Assembly (NCBI GenBank): GCA_964106645.2
Contig: OZ067040.1
From: Podarcis pityusensis
Taxonomy: Eukaryota
DNA length: 64,000 nucleotides
Strand: one strand, 5' to 3'
Shown here: positions 24,718 through 36,314 of the stretch, in pieces
How positions within the stretch are numbered: position 1 is the first letter of the stretch
Layout: every line of letters begins with the position of its first letter
Made by a program: the position numbers and the translations under genes
Notes under the pieces: model-generated
Told to the model about the DNA's origin: nothing
Databases searched by the model: none
What the model saw: only the letters and a program-made list of their open reading frames with translations

Positions 24718-25368
24718 TATGATGTTATGCTGAGCAAGCAAGTAGTTTTCATTCCCCAGGTCTACTGGTGTGTCAGCACAGTCTCATATTCCTTGAGAAG
24801 GACCCAGGAGATGAGGAGACTTAGGCAGCTGTGGGAAAGGCCTTCAGTCTCCACAACTGCCTCAGAGGGGCAAGACCTACCGAGAAGAGTTGTCTTGCTC
24901 ATTAGGCCTGGCACTCCTGAGTAGACCTTGTTTATTCTAATCAGTAGTCAACTTCACTTACCCCATGTGATCTATTGTTGGCTTGCTCCTAACAGTGTTC
25001 TTCATGGATGTTGGCTGCTCTGTGCTTGTATGAATGAATAGGAGGTTTAAAATGTGATCAAGGCAAATATAGGGGGGGCATGAATGTGAACTGATGGATA
25101 TTCATGAATAGATGAAATTGGTGGAAGCTGGCAGGCTAACATTAGTGGACGAAGTCACCAGGCTGAAGGCAGTCGAGGTGCCTGGGTGATGCTGTCAAAT
25201 GGTAGCCATTTCCAGGCGTTTCTTGCTCCAGACGAACCTTTTAAAGATTGCAGGTGGCCCTCACAATGAGTGAGAGCCACTAGAAAGGGCCTTCCCAGGC
25301 TTCTTAAGCCTTCAGATATCTCTGGTCCTGTGCTAAGACAACATTTTCCAAAACTCAGCCAGCATGGC

Positions 25369-25487
25369 GTCGAGTTTCCCACATTTGGGGGAAATCGCAA
25401 GGGTCAGCACACCTGGAATGGTGTTTGAGACTCACCCTGAGAAAACCTCCCTCATGCTCAAGATATCTCCCCTGTCCTGGGTTTGAT
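25369..25487 (-). pseudogene. U1 snRNA-derived sequence (about nt 1-120, 3'-truncated, altered 5' end)
   Basis: Minus strand CAGGGGAGATATCTTGAGCATGAGGGAGGTTTTCTCAGGGTGAG...GTGTGCTGACCCTTGCGATTTCCCCCAAATGTGGGAAACTCGAC aligns to U1 stem-loops 1-3. No ACTTACCTG end, no canonical Sm site or SL4, no obvious PSE. Confidence 0.85.
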
Positions 25488-25944
25488 ACTGGCCTTGTCT
25501 TGCCTGAAGAAGCTTTGGTAATGCTTACGATTTCTCCAGAGAGCCCCAATCCCCAGCAGAGCAGAACAAATTGTAAACGGATGCTAGGATTCTACAGACT
25601 TTGTATGTACAAACCCAGGGTAGTTGGGCAGATGGCTTGTTTGGTTCAGGTATAAAGAACACCTTGCAGCAATATGGCAGGTGAAAGCAACAGCAGATCA
25701 GGAAAGGGACAATTGCAGTAATTCAGAGGGAACTGAGGGCATGATATTGGCATTCGCAATGGCATGGGGTTGAGGGTCATGCAGTGAATATGGAGACCAG
25801 GCAGCCTACTGTAGTTAGGACACATTTAAGAACACTACCTGGGGAGGTGTTTTTTGGGGGGGTGGGGGGTTGAGTGAGCATCAGTCCTCAAATAAGGTGA
25901 AGTAAGTCACACAGGAACAAAAAACACACATGTATTAGTCTTTT

Positions 25945-25950
25945 TTTATT
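25945..25950 (-). terminator. Probable ATF3 polyadenylation signal
   Basis: AATAAA on -, followed by a CA about 15 nt later and a GU/U-rich element (TGTGTGTTTTTTGTT). A weaker AATAAA lies at 26596-26601. Confidence 0.6.
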
Positions 25951-27047
25951 AAAGTATCAAAACATAAAACTTAATAGAAAACAAATTGCTTCTACTGCAT
26001 TATTAAATGTTCAGAATAAAACAGATACATAAATCCATGCAGTTCTTTCATTCAACAATTCTCCCACTTGGCTTGGAAGCCAGCATCCAACCTGGCCTGG
26101 AAGGAGTTTGCCTGTGCCCTGAAGAACAGGAAGGAGCTCAGCTACTGCTGCTAGCTGCCACTGCAGACAGGCGACGTTTAGGCAGCTGAACTCCTTCCTG
26201 CCACAGTGCTGTCAGAGTGCCAGAGTCCCCCAGAAGTCCAGCAATGCAACTCTCAAGCAATGCAAACAGATATATAGGATGTATACTATTGATATAATCT
26301 TGAGGTATGTGCACTGCACACTTACCCACATACGCAACCACACACACACAACCACACACGAGGAAGCAGCCACAGCTGAACCAATATTATCTTTGAAAAA
26401 GTAGCAGTGCCGTTGTAAACATTTGGCATGCTCGCTAAAGCCATTTGTCTTTCAACCGAAGCAGCAGCAGCAGCAGCAGCAAGACGCCTGCGTCATTTTA
26501 AATAGGCTGTAGAACCGCAATATTAAAACACCTCTCAAAAGGGAAAACAAAGACTCTATGTATGAGAACATCATACACGCAACAGAGTCCATTCTTTTAT
26601 TATCATTTTCTGAATTGCTTTTGGAAACACGTTAAATACATGCAGGGACCGTCTCTGGCTAATGTTGGCAGCTCCTCATACTAGCCTAGGGTGTAGATCC
26701 CAAGAAGCCCTTCCATGTACGAAAAGTGCATTTGTTCATGGAAGGTCTAGTTGCTACAGAAGGGATACGGAACCTGTGTCTCCCTAGAGATTAATTCACA
26801 GCATCCCTGACCATTGACTGAACTGGCCAGGGAGCTGGTAGGAATTGTGACAACATCTGGGGGGCCACAGGTTCCCCATCCCAGCACTAGAGCATACCAT
26901 GAGAAAAGCAAAACCAGATCCAAATATGCTCTTTTGCTTGCAGAGCGGGAAAACAGCCTGACTGTTAAAGGGTGCATTCACATTGCTACCTAAGACTGCA
27001 GTGATGTCTTTCCAGCACTCTCCCCCCCCCCCGACCACCCTACCCCC

Positions 27048-27339
27048 AGCTGTTCACATCAGCACGGCTTCATTGTTTCTGTTTGTGTACATGCCAGAGG
27101 TTGATTGTGGTGGGGGTGCCTTTACCCCATGCAAAGGTGTTCCCCCTTTGGCCAGAGACAAATTTGGAAAGCCTTAAGGACTCCACTTGGTGTGAAGCTG
27201 GTTTGAGCAACAATGCATCAGACGGCAGCATTTCACAAAGAAGTGCAGGGGACATGTGCATTTGGGATAATGCTGTGTGAACATGGATTAAAAACCCAGC
27301 ACTAAGCACACACAGGAAATGGGAGTGTGAACGCAGCCA
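27048..27339. mobile_element. Old Harbinger-like non-autonomous element in the probable ATF3 3'UTR
   Basis: Ends AGCTGTTCACA...TGTGAACGCAGCC; clear homology to 51029-51330 and partially to about 61865-61930. Confidence 0.55.
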
Positions 27340-30142
27340 TAGTTTTCTTCGTTCTTTGGATCTGGCCTGCAACATCCCACAATCAACAGCACCGTATCAC
27401 TTTTAGGGAGCGACAACATTAGATACTGAAGACGACCGAGTACTGTCTAGAATTCATAATTACAGGAACCCAATCAATTCCCCCCCCCCAATAAGGTTCT
27501 TGATAGCAGAATTGCACATAGTTAACATAGTAAATAAACTCTCTTCCCCCCTCCCTCCCTCTTCCCACGCATCCCTCCCCAACCCAGTACATTGCACGGT
27601 CAACGCAGAGGCCTGGGGGGGGGGGGTCCTGCTGTCCAACATGACTTGAGGAACAGCTCACAAACAGCAAAGTGAATTTACTCTGCAGGAAGAAAAATCA
27701 CACTCTGATGAGACAGAATTTGGCCCGCTTCCTTCCATTTTTTGTTACATGAAATATACATTTGAAACACAGCATTGGACATTATAATATATCCAAATTG
27801 CTGAAAGTGTATTAAGTACTTCTGTTGCAGAATGTAAAAAACAGAGAGATAAAACAGGCAGCAGGCTCAAGTATACCAGCCACAGATTGACAGTAAAAAC
27901 CTATGCATGTCTCTACTTGGAAGTCCCATTGCATTCAATGAGCCTTCCTCCCAGCTAAGTGTGTACTATATAGGATTATAGCCTTTGAAAACTATTGTTC
28001 TGAGGTACGATGTTTATGTGGGTGTGTTTTAACACTGGACAATGTGGATGAAGGATTTTATCCTGCAAACGCCTTTGTCTACTGCATTGATACATAATTA
28101 AATTTAGATCCCAGCAGACTAAAACTAGAAACAATACTTCATAACAGAACTGCAAAGTGTTTGGGCAAAAATGAGGATTTTTCACCCAAATCTGCATACA
28201 GAAATCTGATTTGCAAAATTAAAATTCCTATTCTTGTGACTCAGGTTCCTAAATTCAGTGTTTGAATACTGAGTGGGGTTTGTCTCAGAGAGTGAAGTGA
28301 GCTCTTTTTTTTTCTTTTTCTTTTTGGTAAGGTGTTTGTTATTATAGTAAAAAGTTAGAGTTTAACTAAAGCATCTACCTCACAATCTGTGCACTACTTA
28401 GGCATATCAGTGATAAATAAAAGGTGATTGAGGAGTCCAGAGATCCTCACAGAAGGAGGGGTGAGAAATGCCAACAGGTGACAAATGGCTTATTGAATAG
28501 GAAGGGGCACCTGAAATTAACTCCCCCAGCTACCAAAACGATCTGCACTGTTGGAGTTAATAACATGAGTACAGGGTGCTTGAGCATTGCACACACTAGA
28601 CTTGGGGTTTCTACCCCAGATACCCAGAGTACCATTCTGTGTAAATGGTATGACAACCAGATGAGTAATCTATGCAAAAAGCCTTACAGGGAACAAAGGA
28701 TGGACCACAACTCAAGTTGCAGAGCCATGCTTTGAATGTATGCGAGTCCCACACCCAACTCATCCTTAAACAAGGATGACAAGTAGCAGAGTCTTGGGTC
28801 TTTGAAGAGGCTCTACCAGTCAGAAGAGATGGCATCAGACAAGATGAATCAAAGCTATGAAACTCTGTAGAGCAGCTTTGTCTGTTCCAACACCGGATTG
28901 CTCTGCTTGAGATCTTTAATGATCATACTTATATAGGTGCAAGTTCTTATGCATGCAAGGTGCTGTGGGGTTGAGAGACAGCAATGGGTTCAAGGTCACC
29001 CAGTAAGCTTCAGGTATCAATGTGGACCAACACTCTAACCAAAAGCTGTCTGCACGACGACAGGGGAAGCTGCACCTCCAAGCCTGCTATTCAGCTGTTG
29101 ACAGACCTACTTGGCTACTTTTAAGTCTCTTTTCCTAGCACAGCTGTAATTGTCATGGAACAGTTTTGCAAATACATGCAGTTAATGCACCCACAACCAT
29201 TCCTTTGTGCAACTTGAGAACCACCAGAATTTCTTGCTCTGAAAAAAAAAAAAAGGTGGTGCCCAGGAAAGATTTGCAAGTTCTGGATTCATGAGGTGGT
29301 GGCCCACAAATCAAGAGAGGAGGATTAATTTAACATCTATGTCGATCGTGTCACTGTTTTGTATGTTATGAAGTCCTTCCGAATACTGTACATGATGTGA
29401 CTCATAAAGTGGATTCTCAAAGGGGAATTCCCCTTTCTTCAAACAAGCCAAGGGAAGGGGTAATGTTCCAGCTTGATACATTCAGACTTTTTTCTATCTT
29501 TTTTACAGAAGCTGATGCCTGTCATATCACCCACAAATCACCCCCAATGTGAGTCATCCAAAAACCCACAGAAAGGCTTCCGTGAAAACAACAATACAAA
29601 GAGAGCGTAAAGCTCGGTTTAAAAAACATTGCACTAGGATATAGAAACACAGTAATTCCCGTTATATCGCAATGCCTTTCGGAATTGAAAGCAGCATTCT
29701 GGAAGTTGCCAACCTCTTTCTTTTGAAAGTACAAAGCAAAAGAAACAAACGAAACGAACAGCCCACGCTATCTAACATTTCCTACCCCAATCGAGGACAG
29801 ATGGGGAGGGTCCATTCAGCTTGGCTGTCCATAAGATGTGCATTATGGCGAGTCCTAGTGTTCTACTCAAGTGCAAGTACCACATGCCATCAGGGGTTTA
29901 GCAAGTCTGTAGCTGTATGGCTTCTAGGAACAGCAAGTATGGCAGATACTAAAACCTGAATCACAGCTAAGCTAGCGCAAGCCTTTTCTTCTTAGCAATG
30001 TCATCTCCTCTGCCTTCTCTCGACTAATGGGAGACCACAAATACCAAGATACCTTCTCTTATGGCTTCTGGCTTGGGGTGATGTGCTGGGGTGTAATTTT
30101 TTGGTGTCAGAGGCATGCCCTAGGGGCACCTAGCATTGTCAC

Positions 30143-30340
30143 TTAGCCTTGCAAGGTTCCTTCTTTTATCTGCTGAATGAAGAGGTTCCTTTCGTCCTCC
30201 GGCGTCCTCCCGTTCTGGGCCCGGACGATGCAGGTGGGCCTGTGCAGGTTAAGCATGTAGATCAAATGCTGCTTCTCGTTCTTCAGCTCTTCAATCTGAG
30301 CCTTCAGTTCGGCATTGATGGTTTCCAGCTTCTCCGATTC
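30143..30340 (-). CDS. ATF3: ATF3 final coding exon (leucine zipper and C-terminus)
   Basis: cccag|GAATCG; ESEKLETINAELKAQIEELKNEKQHLIYMLNLHRPTCIVRAQNGRTPEDERNLFIQQIKEGTLQG-TAA. Spliced protein is 180 aa. Confidence 0.97.
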   Translation of the reverse strand, partial: ESEKLETINAELKAQIEELKNEKQHLIYMLNLHRPTCIVRAQNGRTPEDERNLFIQQIKEGTLQG

Positions 30341-30459
30341 CTGGGCACAGGAAAAGAGGGTAAATATAAAAGCGGAAGTTCTGAACCATTCTTCTGTTAA
30401 ACACACAAACGCACACCTCCTCTTTCGCATCTTCTGTGCCCAGATAGCATCCGACTTAC

Positions 30460-30564
30460 CTTCTGCAGACATTCCGTCTTCTCCTTCTTTTTGTTTCGAC
30501 ACTTGGCTGCTGCAATCTTGTTCCTTTCCCTCCGTCGCCTTTTCCTTTCATCTTCAGGCGCACA
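30460..30564 (-). CDS. ATF3: ATF3 coding exon 2 (basic DNA-binding region)
   Basis: ctctag|TGTGCGCCT...CAGAAG|gtaagt; encodes CAPEDERKRRRRERNKIAAAKCRNKKKEKTECLQK (105 nt). This frame is not in the ORF track. Confidence 0.97.
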
Positions 30565-31017
30565 CTAGAGCAAGATTCAGAGAGAGAGGTAAATTGGTTG
30601 ACTTTGGGCACATCCAGATGATGTATCAATATTGCAAGTGGGCCAAGTTTATACTTAATTAGTTATCAGCATCTCCCCCAAGTGTACCACGGAGCTATGA
30701 CTCCTTCCCAAGAGCACATGATTCAGAAGTACATGCAGTGCACACCAAGGCTCCAGCTTGGCACTAACGCAGTTGCAGCCTTTCACAAAGCCACTTTCAT
30801 TCAAATACACACAGATCATTGTCTGTGATGGGGTGGGGAGGTATTAGTGCAGACTCCTGCCTTATGTATAATACAGTTTTCCTATTGGAAAGTTCATTGA
30901 ACAATTATCTACTGGTTTTAGTTCCTCCCCACCCCCCTGCTTTCTGTTTTGTTCTTGTTTAAATAGAACGCCATTACTGAATGTGAAAGCAAAACAAGCA
31001 ATTAAAAGAAGGAGCAC

Positions 31018-31257
31018 CTCTGCTTTCAAAACAGACATTTCCCCAGGTCTGTCCGAAACCATGACTGTGTCCAACGTGGAGGACATCCTGTGCGACAGGC
31101 ACTTGTTCTGGATGGCAAATCTCAATTCTTCTTTCACCAGCGGAGTTAGATTTGTGAAGTCTTCAAAACCCAGGGACACCGAAGGAGACAGGCACGGGAC
31201 AATGGCAGTGGCGCTGACTTCCGAAGCAGACACCTGGCCAGGGTGTTGGAGCATCAT
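31018..31257 (-). CDS. ATF3: ATF3 coding exon 1 (gene exon 2), aa 1-80
   Basis: Acceptor ttcag|CAAAATGATG (exon starts 31261). Encodes MMLQHPGQVSASEVSATAIVPCLSP...TPLVKEELRFAIQNK...KAE. Donor GAG|gtgctc at 31017. 240 nt, phase 0. Confidence 0.97.
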
Positions 31258-31305
31258 TTTGCTGAAAAAGAAGAACAAGAATGACTCTTTCTGAATTTAT
31301 CAGGA

Positions 31306-31319
31306 CTCTCTCTCTCTCC

Positions 31320-31350
<31 letters not shown>

Positions 31351-31353
31351 TGT
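31306..31353. repeat. (CT)n(GT)n microsatellite near the ATF3 exon 2 acceptor
   Basis: Read directly from the sequence. Confidence 0.95.
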
Positions 31354-31464
31354 TTGTCAGATGATCGTTTAACTCTCAACTAAGACCTGATTTAGAAAAT
31401 ATGACTTTTGGATGTGGAATAATTCCTCAAACTCTGGGCCGTGACCTGTAATTACAGGTCAACA

Positions 31465-31895
31465 GATTTCAACAGACCTACTCTGAGTAGGACTTACTTG
31501 GATACAATTCATGGGCAACCATTCTAACAAGATATACAGTGGTGCCTCGCAAGACGAAATTAATCCATTCCGCGAATCTCTTCGTCTTGCGGTTTTTTCG
31601 TCTTGCGAAGCACGGCTATTAGCGGCTTAGCGGCTATTAATGGCTTAGCGGCTATTAATGGCTTAGTGGCTTTAAGAAAAAGGAAACAAACTCGCAAGAC
31701 ATTTCGTCTTGCGAAGCAAGCCCATAGGGAAATTCATCTTGCGGAACGACTCAAAAAACGGAAAACTCTTTCGTCTTGCGCGTTTTTCGTCTTGCGAGGC
31801 ATTCGTCTTGCGAGGCACCACTGTATATCTTGTTAGAATGGTTGCCCATGAATTGTATCCAAGTAAGTCCTACTCAGAGTAGGTCTGTTGAAATC
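31465..31895. repeat. Long inverted repeat: 72-bp perfect arms of host DNA plus MITE TIRs
   Basis: 31465-31536 is the exact reverse complement of 31824-31895. Confidence 0.95.
31537..31823. mobile_element. Tc1/mariner-type MITE in ATF3 intron 1
   Basis: TIR CAGTGGTGCCTCGCAAGACGAA; TA TSD; internal TTAGCGGC repeats; same family as 57547-57871. Confidence 0.9.
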
Positions 31896-32159
31896 AATGA
31901 GCTAAAGTCAGTCATGCCCATGTGATCATTTCAATGGATCTGCTCTAGGTACAGCTTAGTTGGATATATATATATCTTAGTTCAATATACTGTACACGTT
32001 TATTTAATCCTGACATTTCTATCTTGCCCTTCCTGCAAGGAGCTCCAGGAAGCATACATGGCTCCCCCTCCCTGTCTTAACCTCACAACAAGCCTGTGAA
32101 GTAGACTAGGCTGAGAGAAGGTAAGTGGTCCAATGTCACCCAGTAAGCTTCATGACCAC

Positions 32160-32506
32160 AGTGGGTGGCGCTGTGTTCTAAACCACAGAGCCTTGGGCTT
32201 GCCGATCAGAAGGTCAGCGGTTCGAATCCCTGCAACGGGGTGAGCTCCCATTGCTCAGTCTCAGCTCCTGCCCTCCTAGCAGTTTGAAAGCACGTCAAAG
32301 TGCAAGTAGATAAATAGGTACCACTCTGGCGGGAAAGTAAACAGCGTTTCTGTGCGCTGCTCTGGTTCGCCAGAAGCGGCTTAGTCATGATGGCCACATG
32401 ACCCGGAAGCTGTACGCCAGCTCCCTCGGCCAATAAAGCGAGATGAGCGCTGCAACCCCAGAGTCAGCCATGACTGGACCTAATGGTCAGGGGTCCCTTT
32501 ACCTTT
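32160..32506 (+). mobile_element. Full-length Sauria SINE inserted into an older minus-strand SINE (about 32000-32582)
   Basis: Typical head, body and tail; TSD TAAGCTTCATGAC on both sides; the host SINE resumes in register. Confidence 0.92.
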
Positions 32507-35500
32507 AAGCTTCATGACTGAGTGGGGCTTTGAACCCTGGTCTCCCAGGCCCTAGGAGACTCTAACCAGTACACCACATTGGTGCTCTCTTTCCATACAC
32601 ACACTCTCACACACATTACACAAAGCACCCTTGATAAACAACTTAAATGCAACTATAAACCGACATTATAACTCAATAGGAAGCAATTCAAAACTAACAT
32701 TGCCAGGTTTTTTGTACCATTTGGTATAATACTGCCACATACTGGCAGCTGGGTGAGCAACTTCTAACCAAACAGGAAATGTGAGTGGCAATATATAAGT
32801 TATATAAGTTACATGGGATTTTGTGCAATAATTGCACCACAAGTTGAACTGGGTCACTTGTGCTGATTAATTAATCTCCCAATCTTATGTTTAGACTGGC
32901 AGGGATTTGCCCAGTGTTTGTGCAGTTTAGGTGTGTCAGATACACTAAATCAGTGCACCCAGTGCTCAAGAAATCTCTTGCCTGCAATGTGGCTCATTCG
33001 CACATGCAGCTGCACATATATCCAGCCATAGGAATCTATCAAAGGAGTCATCCTGAGAAGCTCCATTTTATTAGAGGAAGCAATAAAATGCTGCAAAATA
33101 TTATTACCAGCAAAATCTATTACAATTAGCTTCATAATACATAAGACAATTACTGCCTCTGGGAATTTGTGTACATAAATGAAGCCATCATGCTGTCAAA
33201 CTAGATTTGATCTATGCAGTATCCATTGTAATTATAGCTTCAGGGAATAGTTGGAGTTCATTATGGTCTCCCACGCCAGTGGAAGTTGCACCCTTTTGCA
33301 CTGGCAGCAGATAAGTGTGCTTAAGGAAAAAAATAAGATTTGAAGGCACAGCCTCAAGCGGCGAAAGAGGACATACTGTCACTGCTGCTACCTACAAACA
33401 CATTTCTTCATCCTGCACCCCAACAAGGCAGGAATATTGTCACAGTTCAGTGACACGTTCCAATCAGGCAAGAGCACTTGAGGAGAGTGCAGCGCAGGGC
33501 TGATCTGGGGAGAAGCTCAAGGGCCAGACAGACTGCTCTGAAGCATCGCATTCAGACCTCAGGCCACAGGTTCTCCAGACCTGATACAGATAGTTAAGTT
33601 TGTTGGTCCCGCACATGTTTCCCACAGGCATCTGGTTGGCCACTGTGAGAACAGGATTCTGGACAAGATGGGCCATTGGCCACACCCAGGGGGCTCTTCT
33701 TACATTTTGCTACATGTATGTAGGCACTGTTTGCATGCACTGGAAATACTTGGCTCCCAACCATGGCAAAATGCATGCATTTCAGCCATCCACGTAAGGG
33801 TTTTATTTTTATTTCAACACAGAAGTAAGGCTTTTATGATGTGCAAAGTGAATCCCAGGCATACCCCCTCCAAAAAAGCAACAGCAGTAGAAAACCAAAA
33901 GTTTCTTGACCTCCTGATTATGAGAGCGAAGATTTCCTGGAATTGTTTGTTATTTCCATAGACCTTGAGAAACTTATGTAATTCTGCAGAAATCCCCCTG
34001 GCCATGGTGAGTCACACCTCAAAAATGCTGATCTCCTTCAGTCCTCCATAGAGGTAGAAGATAACGCCAATCAAACCAAGACAGCAAAAGGGCCTTCAGT
34101 TTCCAGGTTATCCTCTTGTTTCCAGCTCAGAAGACGGTAATGAAAAGTCGATCAAAGCAGTAAATTAACAAAAGTGGTGTGCCTTAACTGACATCTTTAA
34201 TTGATTATAGAGATTGCTTAATTCTTCACAGATTAATCTACCCATTTCCCAGTCATATCTTCATAAGCCAGGTCTATGAACTTGTTTTCCAAAAACAAAA
34301 ACCAGAATGCCAATATTTTTTTTACAATGCCAGTGTTCTGGGTAATTATATGCAGAGTAGGGGGTACAGAGAGTCCCCATTTATAGGCTATAAATTATAG
34401 CTATGTTTAATAGGCACTTCATGCCAATTCTTGGAGCTCCATTCATTATGTTGGCACTACTGTTGGCATCAACACAAAATTCTGAGGATTTGGGGAATGG
34501 CCAAGGTTTCGTTACACCAGTCCCCTGGCAGAGAAACAGCTGAGAATGCTGGCAGTAACGTGGGACTCCGGAGAGAATTGCTACAGCTTTCCAAAAACCA
34601 TACTGCTATTAATGTACATTCTCAGCTGTGTTTCAGACAGAATCCTGCAAAGAGGTCTAGGCTGACGGACTCGTCCAAAGATAACGCAACGAATTCCATA
34701 CCTGAGAAAGCAGGAACCAGAATCTGGGTTTCGCACATCCAAGCACAATTCCCTCCCATCCCAATGTCTCTCTACTAAATATTATTTGCTGCTGTAGTTT
34801 CTGTTTGATGAGCCGTCACGTACAGTCCATCGAACACAGTAGTGCCTGGTGCCCATGTTGACCAATAGGGCAGAAGGCAAGGAGAAAAACAGTAGGGGGA
34901 GCCAGGTTACAACAACAGGCAGAGCCAACTAATTCCATTGTCACCGTCCTCTTCCTTGCTGAATTTTGCAAGAGCAATACTAAGACTTAAGGAGTAGGAA
35001 GCTGACAGGTGCCGTACATAGGAAGTCAGGTAAGTGGGGTTTGCCTCCACCGATGTAACTATGTGGGTCCCAAGCTCAAGGAATGGAGGATGCCTTGTTT
35101 GTTAAAGTCACTTGAACATAAAGAACACCTCACATCCAGCAACTGGGCCTCTCTTAAGAGCTGATGCAAGACGATTGCAAGGTCTTTATGTATTCATCTT
35201 GTGATCATTCAGTGACACACAGAGGCAGACTGAAACATTCTACAGCCAGATGGAGCCAAATAAAAACATTTCACAGCCCATGTATGCAGTACTGAGCACT
35301 GCATTTCCAAATGATTAAAAAGGCAAGATCTGATGGCCTCTCCCCATGAGGTGTTCACATATCAAAGGCTCCCCCTTTTCTTTGTCAACAATTCTGCCTT
35401 TTAAACAGGGTGACAGCTAAGCGCAAAACAAAATCAGCGCTATCACACAACTTAAATGTCAGGAGCTGCCTTATATCAAAGAAGAATAAGAACTGTAGAG

Positions 35501-36314
35501 TTGGAAGGGACACTATGGGTCACCTAGGCCCCCCCCCCGAAATGCATATATTTAGCATTTAAATAATGAGTGTTTTATCCTGAATTTCAAAGGACAAGTC
35601 ATTGGTCCATTTAGTTCAGTATTATCTACTCTTCCTCGACAAGTGGAGGTCTTTGCTACCCCCACCCCAAGACCTACAACCAGAGATATTTTCTTTTAAT
35701 CCGAGGGCACTTCCACATAGCAGTTTATTGTAGACGAGATCCTGCACACAAGCTTTGTGCAACAGCCACATAACGTCCTACTCATACAAAATGTCAGTGT
35801 ATGTTATTTTCTCAATTAATCCAGATTTTCCTTTCCTTCAGAAAATACGATGAGTTTTAAAAAAAACCACACAGAAACAGTAAATGTAGTTTAAAATAGG
35901 GCTGCTGGATATAGGGATATAGGACGGCATTTTGACGAGAATGCCATCACGTGGACTCTGTGGAAAATTTGTGTGCATTAGCAGCATCAAGTTCGCAATA
36001 AAGGCTACATGCACAGCATTCACTTAATGTACAATAATTATAGCCCATTGCCCACCCCAAGAATTATGGGAAGTGTAGTTTTCCCCCACACTTTCCAGCA
36101 CCCAGAACAAACTACCATTCCCAGAATTCTTTGTGGGTGCTTTAAATTGCTAGCCTGGGCTCCTTCAGGAAAGTGAAATACAGATTCAATAAATACAATT
36201 TAAGTATATGATGTGTACACAATCCAAGCTACCCAGAGATACTAGAGATTGACTCTGAGACCTTTAACATATGAGGGATCTGCTCTACTGTATCACTGAG
36301 CAAAGGCCACCTGC

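Noticed and set aside
352-25300. A coding gene between BATF3 and ATF3 (mammalian FAM71A/GARIN4 position)
   Set aside because: No long ORF or recognisable exon; the longer ORFs here are LINE fragments or chance.
25369-25487. Functional canonical U1 snRNA gene
   Set aside because: It lacks the ACUUACCUG 5' end, U1A loop, Sm site, SL4 and a recognisable PSE.
30341-30502. ORF 30143-30502 read as one continuous 119-aa protein
   Set aside because: Its N-terminal part is intron 3 plus an off-frame reading of exon 3 from a non-ATG start; canonical splice sites explain the real structure.
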